Source of the DNA: Rickettsiales bacterium
Lineage (GTDB): Bacteria > Pseudomonadota > Alphaproteobacteria > Rickettsiales > UBA8987
Length of the DNA stretch: 64,000 bases
Assembly (NCBI GenBank): GCA_965222525.1
Contig: OZ244955.1
Location: forward strand, 1,259,813 to 1,323,812
Direction of reading: 5' to 3'
Of the stretch, positions 8,036-17,521 are shown one piece after another. Every line of letters starts with the position of its first letter. Positions within the stretch are counted from its first letter, which is position 1. The notes beneath the pieces were generated by a model that saw nothing but the letters and a program-made list of their open reading frames with translations, did not search any database and was not told where the DNA came from. Made by a program: the position numbers and the translations under genes.

Positions 8036-10395
8036 ATCCCTTCGTAATCCATCTTCACATAATCATTGGAAAGATGAGATGCAGGTAACCATATTGCTAA
8101 TGAACGTACGCTGCCGGAGAAGCGCTTTTGTTTCTCTTTTCTGGCTCCCTGCACCCGCTGCAAGGCGCTTACCCATGCACCGCCATCCCACAGGGTATCT
8201 TTAAATATTTTTCTGATACCCGGGTGAGAATTGGCGACAAGAAACCCGTCACCTGTCCAACGAATACCCCAGTCTTCCAACTCATTTTTGATGAAAGTAT
8301 AGTCTTCCCCGTTTGGGTGAGCCTCGTATTTAATCATTGCGAGATTCGCGCCTACACTACGATCACTGATGCGGTGGCCAAGAAGCATATTCAGGCATTC
8401 CACGGCATCATCTTCTTCATGGGCTTCCGCCAATTCATTGATAAGTGCAGTATGTTCGCCAAGCAGCTCGTGGCCATCTTCCTCGGTCATTTCCCTCTGG
8501 TGAAGCATTACCCATGCTGCTGCCATAAGAGAAGCCATATTCAATGCATGACGGCTCTCGCAGGGAGGAAATACGCGTTGCAGAGTTTTGATAGCTTTCA
8601 GTATGTAATCCGTATTTTTAATAACCTGCTTGCACCAATTAGGCCCGACATCATCCAACGCATGACTCATTTCAGCAATGCGACTGCTGACAGTCTTATC
8701 GTTGGCGTGTTTGTGGAGTTTTAAAACCACGATACGCGAGCGGTCTGCAGCCGTTACCATAAAGGGGTTGATTGCACCCATGAGAAAACAGGAGCGAATA
8801 CAGAATTCCATGGCCTTTCCGTCCGGCGTTCCGCGAGCAATACTGTATTTAGCAGAAGAAGCGCTACGAATGAGCTTGATGACGGATTTCATCCTACCGA
8901 CATTCTGGTCGCTTTCAAATTCATCCAGAATAACGGGACGGCTATCCGGCCCGGTTTTCTGTCGAATGCCAGCCTCTGTGCTTTGACCATCAAGGGCAAT
9001 GCCGACCGGTTCGAGTAGGTTCATCAACGCTAGGATGATCGTAGTTTTACCTGCGTTCTTGGGGCCGCTGATGAAGATATGTGGCCTCCAATCCACCACC
9101 CCGCAAATGACCGCAAGGGCCGCCCAACCAAGCAGCAAATATGCTTCAGAAGGTGAACTCCAGTTGAATTGCTGGAAAAGTTCGAGGACTATTTTGGCAT
9201 CTATATCCGCCTCCTTTTCCCCTCGTGCCTCCAGCGGAAGATGACATACATAAATATACTTTGAATCCTGTGGTGGTTTATCGCCCCAGTTGATTACGAT
9301 TGCGCGGTTACTATCCATCCATACGCCGCGCCCGCGCACTCTTGAGGTGTCAAAACCACCCTTGCTACGACATAACTGCATCATGCTGTCCGCTGCATCC
9401 CGGCAATCTATGCCGATGATTTGGCCTTTCATATTTCGCTTTGGGAAGTTGGTGAGCCAAAAGTGCATGGGAGCCATGTTCAGTAGCGTGCCTTCTGTCA
9501 TGAGACGATTGGAGCTTTCCACCAAGAGCAGCGAGCGCATTTGATCGAGAAATACGTATCGTCCATCTTCCAGATAGCCAAGTGGTAGTGGCCCAGTATC
9601 ATCCGGAGCGTATTCCCCGCGTGATTTCAGGCCAAGCCCCTTTTCCTTAGCGCTTTCGAGCATCTCCAAGGTTTCTTCGGCGGTATTTCCCTTGTAGTCC
9701 TGGTGAAAAAGCGCGTTGAGGCAGTCTGCCACCCATTTAAGATCATCAGTAATATGGGCGATCCCTGAAGCAGTCAGGGCCAGCATTAACTCATGCCCCT
9801 TGACGGTTGCTCCACTTTCAACAATTTCCCATGCGGCTTCGTATTTTACGACACGCTTGATTAGCTCGTATACGACAGCATCCAGAACCGGCAGGTTGTT
9901 TTGCTCAATATCCAACAGGGGAGTTTCGTCCCAAACATACGCATTGCCATTTGGATGAATCGAAGGGGGAATGACGATCATCCCGGTGTCTATCATCATC
10001 TCCACACCGAAGGCTTTCTGGCCTTTGGCTTTCAACTTAGCACTTTTGAGTCCGTTATCCGCCTGACAGAAAGCGGTAAGTCCCTTGCTACCAATTTTTC
10101 CTGAAACGTAGTTACGAAGTACGGTTTTGATGAATTCGGAGAATCCGGGGTGATCGACATCTATAGCAGAAAACAATCTGCCGTTTCTCAAACGGGTGCC
10201 CGTGGCAAGGCCAATATTGCCCGCACCATATTTTTGTTTCAGCGCGTCAATATACTCTTCGCTTGGAAGTTCAGGGACATGCTTGTTCCAATCAGGATTA
10301 GCCGCTCCTTTTGCTTTCTTACGAACGGCGACAGGACTATAACCAGCTTCAATATAAGCATCTGCCCAGTCTTCATATATGCGTTGTGCTACCAT
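8032..10395 (-). CDS. Bifunctional primase/polymerase fused to a P-loop helicase
   Basis: GNIGLATG, IDVD, IPPSIHPNG..YVW (Prim-Pol); Walker A GPKNAGKT and Walker B VILDEFE. Confidence 0.88.
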   Translation of the reverse strand: MVAQRIYEDWADAYIEAGYSPVAVRKKAKGAANPDWNKHVPELPSEEYIDALKQKYGAGNIGLATGTRLRNGRLFSAIDVDHPGFSEFIKTVLRNYVSGKIGSKGLTAFCQADNGLKSAKLKAKGQKAFGVEMMIDTGMIVIPPSIHPNGNAYVWDETPLLDIEQNNLPVLDAVVYELIKRVVKYEAAWEIVESGATVKGHELMLALTASGIAHITDDLKWVADCLNALFHQDYKGNTAEETLEMLESAKEKGLGLKSRGEYAPDDTGPLPLGYLEDGRYVFLDQMRSLLLVESSNRLMTEGTLLNMAPMHFWLTNFPKRNMKGQIIGIDCRDAADSMMQLCRSKGGFDTSRVRGRGVWMDSNRAIVINWGDKPPQDSKYIYVCHLPLEARGEKEADIDAKIVLELFQQFNWSSPSEAYLLLGWAALAVICGVVDWRPHIFISGPKNAGKTTIILALMNLLEPVGIALDGQSTEAGIRQKTGPDSRPVILDEFESDQNVGRMKSVIKLIRSASSAKYSIARGTPDGKAMEFCIRSCFLMGAINPFMVTAADRSRIVVLKLHKHANDKTVSSRIAEMSHALDDVGPNWCKQVIKNTDYILKAIKTLQRVFPPCESRHALNMASLMAAAWVMLHQREMTEEDGHELLGEHTALINELAEAHEEDDAVECLNMLLGHRISDRSVGANLAMIKYEAHPNGEDYTFIKNELEDWGIRWTGDGFLVANSHPGIRKIFKDTLWDGGAWVSALQRVQGARKEKQKRFSGSVRSLAIWLPASHLSNDYVKMDYEGM

Positions 10396-10412
10396 GATAA
10401 ATCTCCGGGTAT

Positions 10413-10613
10413 TTATGATTGTTGCATTGCCTTGAGGATGTCCGAGCGCCGGACATACTTCTTGGCATTGAGTAATGAGTAAGTGGGAATCAACCCGGCA
10501 TTGGCCGCTCGGCGTATTTTCCAAGCGGGCAAGCCTAATTGTTCTGCCGCTTCGTCATAGGTCAGCAGCGACTCAGGCTGATCGCGTTGGTGGTTGTTTG
10601 GATTTTCGTTCAT
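10413..10613 (-). CDS. Excisionase-like HTH protein
   Basis: LLTYDEAAEQLGLPAWKIRRAANAGLIP...YVRRSDI. Confidence 0.85.
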   Translation of the reverse strand: MNENPNNHQRDQPESLLTYDEAAEQLGLPAWKIRRAANAGLIPTYSLLNAKKYVRRSDILKAMQQS

Positions 10614-10712
10614 CGCACATTCTCCATTCTTGTTTCGAATCGTCAGCAGGGCCGACAATTCAGAATGTGTGATAACCGGGTGTAAAAAGCCCGGCACCCC
10701 CAGGGGTATATG

Positions 10713-11516
10713 TTAGGCTGGTATCAATTCTTCTTGCAAAACAGGAGGAAGAGTGTCGGCTATAATCAACGGGTGTTGTAACATCTCTCGAATTTTCTTC
10801 TGGCTAATCTGCGTGTAGGTTGTTTTCAAATCGTCAATTGGAACTTCCTTTTCCTTACAGAGGGGTTCTTTCACCTTCTTTGTTTGCAGCATCCGGCTAA
10901 ACCATTCCGCCGGGTATGGTTTGAAAGGGGGAATTTTTCCTTTCGTAATGTCAAGGCATAGTCTTGCCAGCGCGAATTCCGCTTCGGCACGGTCTTCCTG
11001 TTTCAAGGAGGGGGAATGCTCGTGAATCCAGTGCGCGTACCAATGCATCTGAATCAGCATGCTGTTGTCGCGCAGGCCCGCTACTGCCTGCTCAAATTTT
11101 TTCTCAGAGGTATCATCAAACGCAATGAGTTCCGCGTAACGTCCAGCCAGAAAATTGAAATGTGACAATGCTGACAGGAATTCCGTTGTTACTTCGCGCT
11201 TTTTAAGACCTTCGATCACGATTTCACGATAATCAGGAATAGGTTCTTTGAAATGGTCAGGAATATGTTGTCGGATATCCTCCATAAACCCAAGCTCAAC
11301 GGCTAAATCCAGTAGCTTCTCATAGCGCCCATCCCCTTGGATATGAACGGTATAGGCATAGTTAATTTTGTCCTGATAGGGGCTTTTCACCTGCCCATAG
11401 GTCAGTAAGTTAAGCTTGAAACGCTCGAAATCTTCCGGCGTAGGAACCTCAAACCACTCCACGAGTTCGCAGATATTGGTGAATTCTTCTTCGATTTTTT
11501 CCCAGTCGATGGCCAT
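10713..11516 (-). CDS. Hypothetical protein
   Basis: Long ORF; likely start MAIDWEK after a GGGGAA RBS. No family recognised. Confidence 0.6.
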   Translation of the reverse strand: MAIDWEKIEEEFTNICELVEWFEVPTPEDFERFKLNLLTYGQVKSPYQDKINYAYTVHIQGDGRYEKLLDLAVELGFMEDIRQHIPDHFKEPIPDYREIVIEGLKKREVTTEFLSALSHFNFLAGRYAELIAFDDTSEKKFEQAVAGLRDNSMLIQMHWYAHWIHEHSPSLKQEDRAEAEFALARLCLDITKGKIPPFKPYPAEWFSRMLQTKKVKEPLCKEKEVPIDDLKTTYTQISQKKIREMLQHPLIIADTLPPVLQEELIPA

Positions 11517-11730
11517 GAATACGCATTCCCCTGATTTTTTGTCAACATAGCCAGAATTTGCCTGAAAAACAGTCATTTTCTTGCTTTTCTGCCCTTCCGA
11601 ACGTCCCAAGTGCGTGGTATTATGAAATGGTACGGTCGCGGGAATGCGGCCCCATTTCCCTATCATGATTGTTAGCTGCCCTACCGCAGGTGAATTCCGG
11701 CGGTGGGTATTTGTGCTCTGGAGGTTGCGT

Positions 11731-13023
11731 ATGACCAAACCATTACACATAGAAAACAGGCTTGTTTCCGGCCTTAAACCCTATGAGAAGAACAGTAAAA
11801 TTCACGATAAGAAGCAGGTGAAACAGATCGCCGCATCGATTAAGGAGTTTGGCTTCAATGTGCCTATCCTGATTGATGGCGACAATAATATCATTGCCGG
11901 GCATGGCCGCGTGCTGGCCTGTAAGGAGTTAGGCATCGAGGAAGTCTCGGCCATCTGTGTCGAGCATCTGACGGATGCCCAGAAACGCGCCTTTGTCATT
12001 GCCGACAACAAACTTGCGGAGAATGCCGAGTGGGATACGGAAATGCTTGCGCTCGAACTCAAGGAACTGGGGAGCCTGGATTTGAGCTTCGATTTGGACA
12101 TCACCGGTTTTTCCACCAGTGACATCGATCTGATTATCAGCGATGATATCTCGACGGACGAAGAGGACGGCACCTCAGATGAAGAACTGCCGGATATGGC
12201 GGATGTGCCGATGGTTGCCGCATTCGGTGACATTTGGCAACTCGGCAGGCATAAACTGATCTGCGGCGACTCACGGGATGCCAAAACGTATGAACGCCTG
12301 CTGGGTGAGCGCAAGGCGGATATGGCACTGGCCGATCCGCCCTATAATGTGCCAATCGGTGGTTATGTCTTAAAAGACAGAAAACCTCGCCATACGGAAT
12401 TTGCCATGGCCTCCGGCGAGATGAGCAACGAGGAATTCACGGAATTTCTATCCGCTATTTTCGGCAACCTAGCGGCTTTCAGCAAGAACGGTTCCATCCA
12501 TTATATTTTCATGAACTGGCGGCATATGTATGAACTGCTGACTGCCGGGCAAAAGCATTACAAGGAACTCAAGAATTTGTGCGTATGGAACAAAACTAAC
12601 GCCGGGCTCGGCGCTTTCTACCGCAACAAACATGAACTTATTTTCGTGTTCAAGAACGGCAGCAAGCCGCACATCAATAATTTTGAGATGGGCGACCATG
12701 GCCGGTTCCGTACCAATATCTGGGACTATCCTTCCAGCAGCAGTTTTTACAAAGACGCTGTTACCGGTGAAACCAGGGATCAGCTCATCAAGCTGCATCC
12801 TACGTTGTGCCCGGTGCAAATGCTGGTGGATATGATGATGGATTGCTCAAAACGCAACCAACTGATTCTTGATCCGTTCTGCGGTAGCGGCCCATCGCTG
12901 ATTGCCGCCGAGAAAACGGGAAGGTGCTGCCATGCCATCGAATACGAGCCTAAATTTGTCGATGCGGCGATTTATCGCTGGGAAAAGTTCCCCGGTGAGA
13001 AGGCTATTAAAGCGCTTTCCTGA
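11731..13023 (+). CDS. ParB-like N-terminal domain fused to N4/N6 DNA methyltransferase
   Basis: IAASIKEFGF..PILID...IAGHGR (ParB); DPPYN and LDPFCGSG (MTase). GGAGG RBS. Confidence 0.9.
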   Translation: MTKPLHIENRLVSGLKPYEKNSKIHDKKQVKQIAASIKEFGFNVPILIDGDNNIIAGHGRVLACKELGIEEVSAICVEHLTDAQKRAFVIADNKLAENAEWDTEMLALELKELGSLDLSFDLDITGFSTSDIDLIISDDISTDEEDGTSDEELPDMADVPMVAAFGDIWQLGRHKLICGDSRDAKTYERLLGERKADMALADPPYNVPIGGYVLKDRKPRHTEFAMASGEMSNEEFTEFLSAIFGNLAAFSKNGSIHYIFMNWRHMYELLTAGQKHYKELKNLCVWNKTNAGLGAFYRNKHELIFVFKNGSKPHINNFEMGDHGRFRTNIWDYPSSSSFYKDAVTGETRDQLIKLHPTLCPVQMLVDMMMDCSKRNQLILDPFCGSGPSLIAAEKTGRCCHAIEYEPKFVDAAIYRWEKFPGEKAIKALS

Positions 13024-13648
13024 AGGTGAGGTTAATGCGCTGGCTACCAAGAAGCGGATGCTCGCCATCTTTCAGCGGAGCAATGCCATGGTAGACAAGG
13101 CGGGATTCGCCACCGAAGACGAAAACATCGCCGTGATGCAGTGGAATTTTTTTGGTTTTGTCGGAACGTTCCAAGCCGCCGAATAAAAAGGTGGCGGGCA
13201 AGCCCAGTGAAACGGAAATGATAGGGTGACTAAAGTCTTTTTCATCGCCGTCCTGATGCAGGGAAAGCTTTGTCCCTGGCTCGTAGCGGTTGATAATGCA
13301 GACATCGGGTGCGAATCCATGATAGCCAACTTCTTTCGCCGCTTGTATGGCTATATCCGAAAGCAGCACTGGCATCTGCGGCCATGGTTTGCCCGTTTCC
13401 GGATCAAGCGTTTCATACCGGTAGCCAGATTTGTCGGAAACCCATCCCATGTTGCCGCAGCTTGTGATGCCAATAGACATGTATCGTCCATTCGGCGTAA
13501 GCATGCGCCGAAACGGTGAAACCGCCTCAATCTGCTTTATGGCAGCAAATATTTCGGCGGCATCGTCCAACGCATACCCTTCCAGCAATACCGCGCCGGG
13601 GGTAATTTGGATGGTACGTTTTTCATCGGCAAAAAGTGTCTGAGTCAT
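13007..13648 (-). CDS. alkB: Alpha-ketoglutarate-dependent oxidative demethylase AlkB
   Basis: GWVSDKSGYRY, INRYEPG, LHQD, YHGI, RINLTFR. Confidence 0.93.
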   Translation of the reverse strand: MTQTLFADEKRTIQITPGAVLLEGYALDDAAEIFAAIKQIEAVSPFRRMLTPNGRYMSIGITSCGNMGWVSDKSGYRYETLDPETGKPWPQMPVLLSDIAIQAAKEVGYHGFAPDVCIINRYEPGTKLSLHQDGDEKDFSHPIISVSLGLPATFLFGGLERSDKTKKIPLHHGDVFVFGGESRLVYHGIAPLKDGEHPLLGSQRINLTFRKAL

Positions 13649-13689
13649 AAACCATTTATAACAAACAAAACCATTTTATGGAGGATAAT

Positions 13690-14136
13690 ATGCCCAGAAA
13701 AAAGAAAGAAACCGAAAAGATCGACGAGGCCAGCATACTGGAACAGTTGCTTCAGGAATTGGAAGAAGAGATCGACGCCAAGGAAGGCAAGGTCAGTCGG
13801 AAAATGACCAAGGGTCAGGCGCTCATCAAGAGCATGGTCAATGAAGCCCTAAAAGGCGATCAGCGAATGATGACCAATGTATTGAAGTTTATCGAGAAGC
13901 TGGATGCACTACAATCGGCCAAGAAAGAGGAAACTGCCGCTGATAATCAGGAACTGGATAAGGTCGATTGGGAAATAATGTTACGGTATTATTGGCGATA
14001 TCGGCATCATCTGGAGTTAGAATGGGAGCGGATGAAGAAGGAAAATCCTGGCGCGTTCAAGGGGGAGTGGACACGAATCGATATGAAAGATGCGCCATGG
14101 TACGAGGCAATTTACGGCTCTGAAGGAGCTGACTAG
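13690..14136 (+). CDS. DUF5681-like protein (N-terminal motif apparently missing)
   Basis: RKMTKGQALIKSMVNEALKGDQR resembles genes that usually follow the ParB-MTase in alphaproteobacterial satellite-like elements. Confidence 0.55.
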   Translation: MPRKKKETEKIDEASILEQLLQELEEEIDAKEGKVSRKMTKGQALIKSMVNEALKGDQRMMTNVLKFIEKLDALQSAKKEETAADNQELDKVDWEIMLRYYWRYRHHLELEWERMKKENPGAFKGEWTRIDMKDAPWYEAIYGSEGAD

Positions 14137-14924
14137 GCGGCGAAATAGCGTTTTCCATAGCCGTGTACGACATTGACGATGTTCTTGCCTTCCACCTGAT
14201 TGCCGCCGCATAACCCGCAGGTCACACATTTGGCGCGCCGGTTTGTCAGATCATGGGCCGGGCAGAGGATTTCTCCCTCGGTAATCTCCGACAACTCCTT
14301 GGCCACGCGGAAAGTACGCCAGCCTTTCTTCCAAGCTTCCTGCGCCTCCTCCAGCGTGTCGGCGGAAAACATGTAGAGGTCGGTACGGTACTCAACATTG
14401 CCGAGATCAGTGAAATGGCTGTAGCCAGTATAGCCTGCTGCTTCCGAAATCAGGCTATCCCAGATATAAGAAGGTACGGCAGCAGGATCACCATATGCGC
14501 CCAACCGGACTTTCCTATCCCTACCAATGGCGGCCAGTTCACCGTGTCCCTTCGCTACCGGGTATTTCCCGGCCTTATAACCGCGCCAAATCGTCAATGG
14601 CGCATTGCGGACGAGTACATAGCAGGTACGATTCCTAGCACTCTGCGCTTTCGGGTTTTCAACAGGCTCCCCTTTTAGCTTGCAATTTCCGCAGATGGAA
14701 TAATCTTCACCGGAGCGGTTCGCCGTTACCGGGTCGATATCCTCCCGCAGGACGAAGGTCTGTACCATGTCACCGGTCTTGATGTTCTGCGAGTGATGAA
14801 TGGCAATGACGATAATCGGCTTGCCGTCAATCAGTGACGGCCCGTTGAAAATCAGGCTTCCCGTCGTCTTGGCTGCCTTGCCGTTTGGCTTGGTAATTTC
14901 TTGATTGAACAGGTCTTTTTGCAT
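14133..14924 (-). CDS. Cys-rich phage-type protein (putative Fe-S, Gp88-like)
   Basis: NIKTGDMVQT, SICGNC, CYV, RLGAYGDP, GYSH, ILCPA, CVTCGLCGG. Confidence 0.6.
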   Translation of the reverse strand: MQKDLFNQEITKPNGKAAKTTGSLIFNGPSLIDGKPIIVIAIHHSQNIKTGDMVQTFVLREDIDPVTANRSGEDYSICGNCKLKGEPVENPKAQSARNRTCYVLVRNAPLTIWRGYKAGKYPVAKGHGELAAIGRDRKVRLGAYGDPAAVPSYIWDSLISEAAGYTGYSHFTDLGNVEYRTDLYMFSADTLEEAQEAWKKGWRTFRVAKELSEITEGEILCPAHDLTNRRAKCVTCGLCGGNQVEGKNIVNVVHGYGKRYFAA

Positions 14925-14956
14925 ACACGCAAAAGTCACAGAAAAGCGTATTCCTG

Positions 14957-15158
14957 TCAATCTATTGTGAGATTACTTTCGTGATCTACGCCACGTCTAC
15001 AGTTCTTGGCCTATCACCCGATACAAACGAATGATACCAAGTTCACCCGGTTACGTTCCACAGCAAATGTCATACGCCGTTTTCCACGCCATAGCAGGCG
15101 GTAATGAGGTGGAATCTACGATAACTGCTTGCAATGGATGAACATCCGGATTAGCACT
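14957..15158 (-). pseudogene. Degenerate, 5'-truncated copy of the ORF at 17834-18187
   Basis: Reads LIRMFIHCKQLS*IPP...**AKNCRRGVDHESNLTID with in-frame stops; cut at the att site. Confidence 0.65.
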
Positions 15159-15203
15159 CTCCGAAGGCGGGGGTCGTGGGTTCGAATCCCGCCGGGTCCG
15201 CCA
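15159..15203 (+). tRNA. 3' fragment of tRNA-Arg(CCG), island att site (not a complete tRNA)
   Basis: CTCCGAAGGCGGGGGTCGTGGGTTCGAATCCCGCCGGGTCCGCCA: anticodon loop, T arm and CCA end. No D arm or 5' acceptor strand upstream. Confidence 0.85.
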
Positions 15204-15242
15204 TTTTTAGGCATTTTAGGGTATGCAAACACGGGGCTGTGT

Positions 15243-15977
15243 TTACTTTTCGGGAAAAGCCAGCGCCAGCAATTCGGTAACGGCTAACTGCGTATCCTGT
15301 TTTACATCGTCAATATGCTTCTTTGTAGCGTTATAGCGTCTGTTATGTGCCGAGTTATCTGCAAGCTTTTTGAATGACTTTAAAGCCCCAATAGTTGTAC
15401 GTCCCACATTGAGTTGTGTATCTTTTTCTAGCACGTTAAGCAGTCCAGCAAACATCATAAAGTGGCCGTCGTGCCCTTTTAGCTCTGTATCTCTTCCAGC
15501 CGCCTCGTATATCTCGATAATCAATGTTTCTAAGAGCCTTCTAAGCATCACTGCACAACAATCAAATAGAGAGGCGTCGTAGCTAGCATTAACCTGTAAT
15601 ACCACTTTCTTGATATATGATCTGGTATTTTGGAAATCGCCACGTTGTAGGAGGCTATTAGATTTCTTAACCGGTTTGTTTTCGAGTAAGTGCAAATATT
15701 TGGAGTCTAATTCCCTAATTGCGGTCGGGTTTAGTCGAAATCCTTTCTCTTGTTTGCCACGTACAGTCCGTTTGTCTTTTGCTAGCCTGCTTTTATCACG
15801 GGACCTATTTACTGCATTAAACCCTGCTTCTTCAATTTCATCGCAAAGTTGAGAAAATTCAATATATGTGTTGTTACTGCTATGCTGATGCCACCACAAT
15901 AAAACAACGAATCTATCAATGACTTTAAGGTCATGTATCTCTTCCAAGTATAGAAAATCTTCCAACGGTTTCGTCAT
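15243..15977 (-). CDS. wHTH + HEPN (DUF4145-like) protein
   Basis: YDASLFDCCAVMLRRLLETLII...KKLADNSAHNRRY; N-terminal wing-like GFRLNPTA. Confidence 0.7.
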   Translation of the reverse strand: MTKPLEDFLYLEEIHDLKVIDRFVVLLWWHQHSSNNTYIEFSQLCDEIEEAGFNAVNRSRDKSRLAKDKRTVRGKQEKGFRLNPTAIRELDSKYLHLLENKPVKKSNSLLQRGDFQNTRSYIKKVVLQVNASYDASLFDCCAVMLRRLLETLIIEIYEAAGRDTELKGHDGHFMMFAGLLNVLEKDTQLNVGRTTIGALKSFKKLADNSAHNRRYNATKKHIDDVKQDTQLAVTELLALAFPEK

Positions 15978-15987
15978 AAAGATTTCC

Positions 15988-16605
15988 TTACTGAATAGGT
16001 TGTTTTGTACAGAATGCCTTCACCACAGCATCAGCCTGTAATACGTTAGCAGGGTTCAGTTTAATAACATCGCCATGCTTAGCTAACCAAGGGCACTTAT
16101 TAAAGCTTCTGCTAGGGTTCTGAGGTTCGGCTCCAAGCTCGTGTAAAATCTTTTTCACCTGAGTGTATGTACAATCACCAAGCTTCGCATATTTGAACCA
16201 TTCCACCAGTAGAGTGGAGACAATAATGACTGACGTCAGTGCATTGTTTCCCCTCTTGGGTGTGTTGGCTTTAAAGGCTGCCCAGTAGTGCTGATCAATA
16301 TGCAAAAACGGTTCTTCGTGAGATGGGTAGCAAGCACCGATTATTTCATCGGACTCTATGGCAACAGCATTAGCCCACCTTACAACAGCATCGCCATTGC
16401 CTGAATCTGGGGAAGGTGGCAAATGAGTGGGGGCAGAGGAATTCTCCCCATTTTCGTTGTCAGTTTTTACGTGTGTGATCAACTTTGGCTTCTCGGTCTT
16501 CTTCGCTCCTTGCATTACACTATTCCAAAGTACTGGGTCGTCTGACTCTGCTACAAGAACATCGTTGGCATAGAGTTTGACCACGAGATTTGCTTTTAGT
16601 TCCAT
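15988..16605 (-). CDS. Hypothetical protein with probable C-terminal wHTH
   Basis: Strong AAGGAGG RBS; TYTQVKKILHELG..PQNPSRSF...IKLNPA. Confidence 0.65.
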   Translation of the reverse strand: MELKANLVVKLYANDVLVAESDDPVLWNSVMQGAKKTEKPKLITHVKTDNENGENSSAPTHLPPSPDSGNGDAVVRWANAVAIESDEIIGACYPSHEEPFLHIDQHYWAAFKANTPKRGNNALTSVIIVSTLLVEWFKYAKLGDCTYTQVKKILHELGAEPQNPSRSFNKCPWLAKHGDVIKLNPANVLQADAVVKAFCTKQPIQ

Positions 16606-16618
16606 TGTCCTCTCCTCC

Positions 16619-17146
16619 TTATTCAGCAGCACCAGAAATCATTTCTTCGACTTTCTTCAATCCTGCATGGCTGAGTTTGTATGTCTTTCGCGCTTGTTGG
16701 CTGCCGCCGCTCTTCTTAAGTTGTAGAATCAAGGCAGGTTTAGTGCTCTTCAAGGAGTCTAGTGCCTTGGTAATATTAGCAATTTTATGACCAAGATGGG
16801 TGAGCTCTTTATTGGCCGCTTGAGATGCAAAATTTTCTGCCCCTTCACAGGCCTGCAGCCAATATCCAGAAACAAGAGCTTTTTCTGCTGTAGTGGTAGG
16901 GTTTGCTAGGTCATACAACTCTGCAAAGGTTTCGATACTGGCTGTTTGTCGGACAGTTGTTGTCGAAACGTTATTATCTTGGGTGTCATTCTGTTCGTCA
17001 GTATCAAAATTATGTGTTGGCGCATCGATTTCTAGCCGGTTTACGATATACTGGACAACACGGCTACGTGCGCTTTCGTCGAGGGGTGATAAGGCGTCAT
17101 GAATAGTCTTCATAGCATCAAATTCGGCATCGTTAGATTGGGTCAT
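16619..17146 (-). CDS. Hypothetical protein with probable C-terminal wHTH
   Basis: AAGGAG RBS; ALVSGYWLQ...NITKALDSL...YKLSHAGLKKVEEM. Confidence 0.65.
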   Translation of the reverse strand: MTQSNDAEFDAMKTIHDALSPLDESARSRVVQYIVNRLEIDAPTHNFDTDEQNDTQDNNVSTTTVRQTASIETFAELYDLANPTTTAEKALVSGYWLQACEGAENFASQAANKELTHLGHKIANITKALDSLKSTKPALILQLKKSGGSQQARKTYKLSHAGLKKVEEMISGAAE

Positions 17147-17264
17147 GTATCATTCTCCTTCATGATTTATGCACTTGATATATGCACCAAGTCTTGAAGT
17201 TCAAGAGGTAAATGCAAATATTTTTGTAATAACCAATTATCGGCTTGATTATTAACGCAATAAA

Positions 17265-17294
17265 TTGACCGAGTAGTATTCGGCGTGATAGATT
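17265..17294 (+). promoter_or_regulatory. Promoter of leader RNA (copy B)
   Basis: TTGACC-18-TAGATT with extended TG, matching copy A. Confidence 0.55.
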
Positions 17295-17299
17295 CCGTG

Positions 17300-17520
17300 C
17301 AGAGCCAGTATGTTGGCTCCGGGGCTTAAGAACCTCTAACGAAAGCGGCAGGGCACCTGCCGTCACCAAACTGCCACCCTACGCCATGCGTCGGGGTGGC
17401 GACGTTATGTCCAGGCGCGAGCTAAAAGCGTCGCGGTCGTACTTTCGTTCGACTTCTTAACACCCCGGCACCAGTGCGAAATCGCTGGTGCCGTTTTCGT
17501 AACCAACGAAAGGGTGTCAT
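17300..17520 (+). ncRNA. Structured leader RNA, C4/ash-like (copy B)
   Basis: Same core as 5728-5960 with compensatory stem changes. Confidence 0.6.
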
Positions 17521-17521
17521 T

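Larger units (their letters stand above)
1..15203. mobile_element. Integrative satellite/ICE-like element A at tRNA-Arg(CCG); left end outside the window
   Basis: Contains tyrosine integrase, excisionase-like HTH, primase-helicase, ParB-MTase and DUF5681-like gene. It ends at a tRNA 3' fragment and has defence-type cargo on the left. Confidence 0.8.

Noticed and set aside
15120-15203. Complete tRNA-Arg gene
   Set aside because: Sequence 5' of the anticodon loop belongs to the duplicated ORF remnant and cannot form a D arm or acceptor stem. Kept only as an att fragment.
6297-15203. Complete prophage
   Set aside because: No capsid, portal, large terminase, tail or lysis genes.
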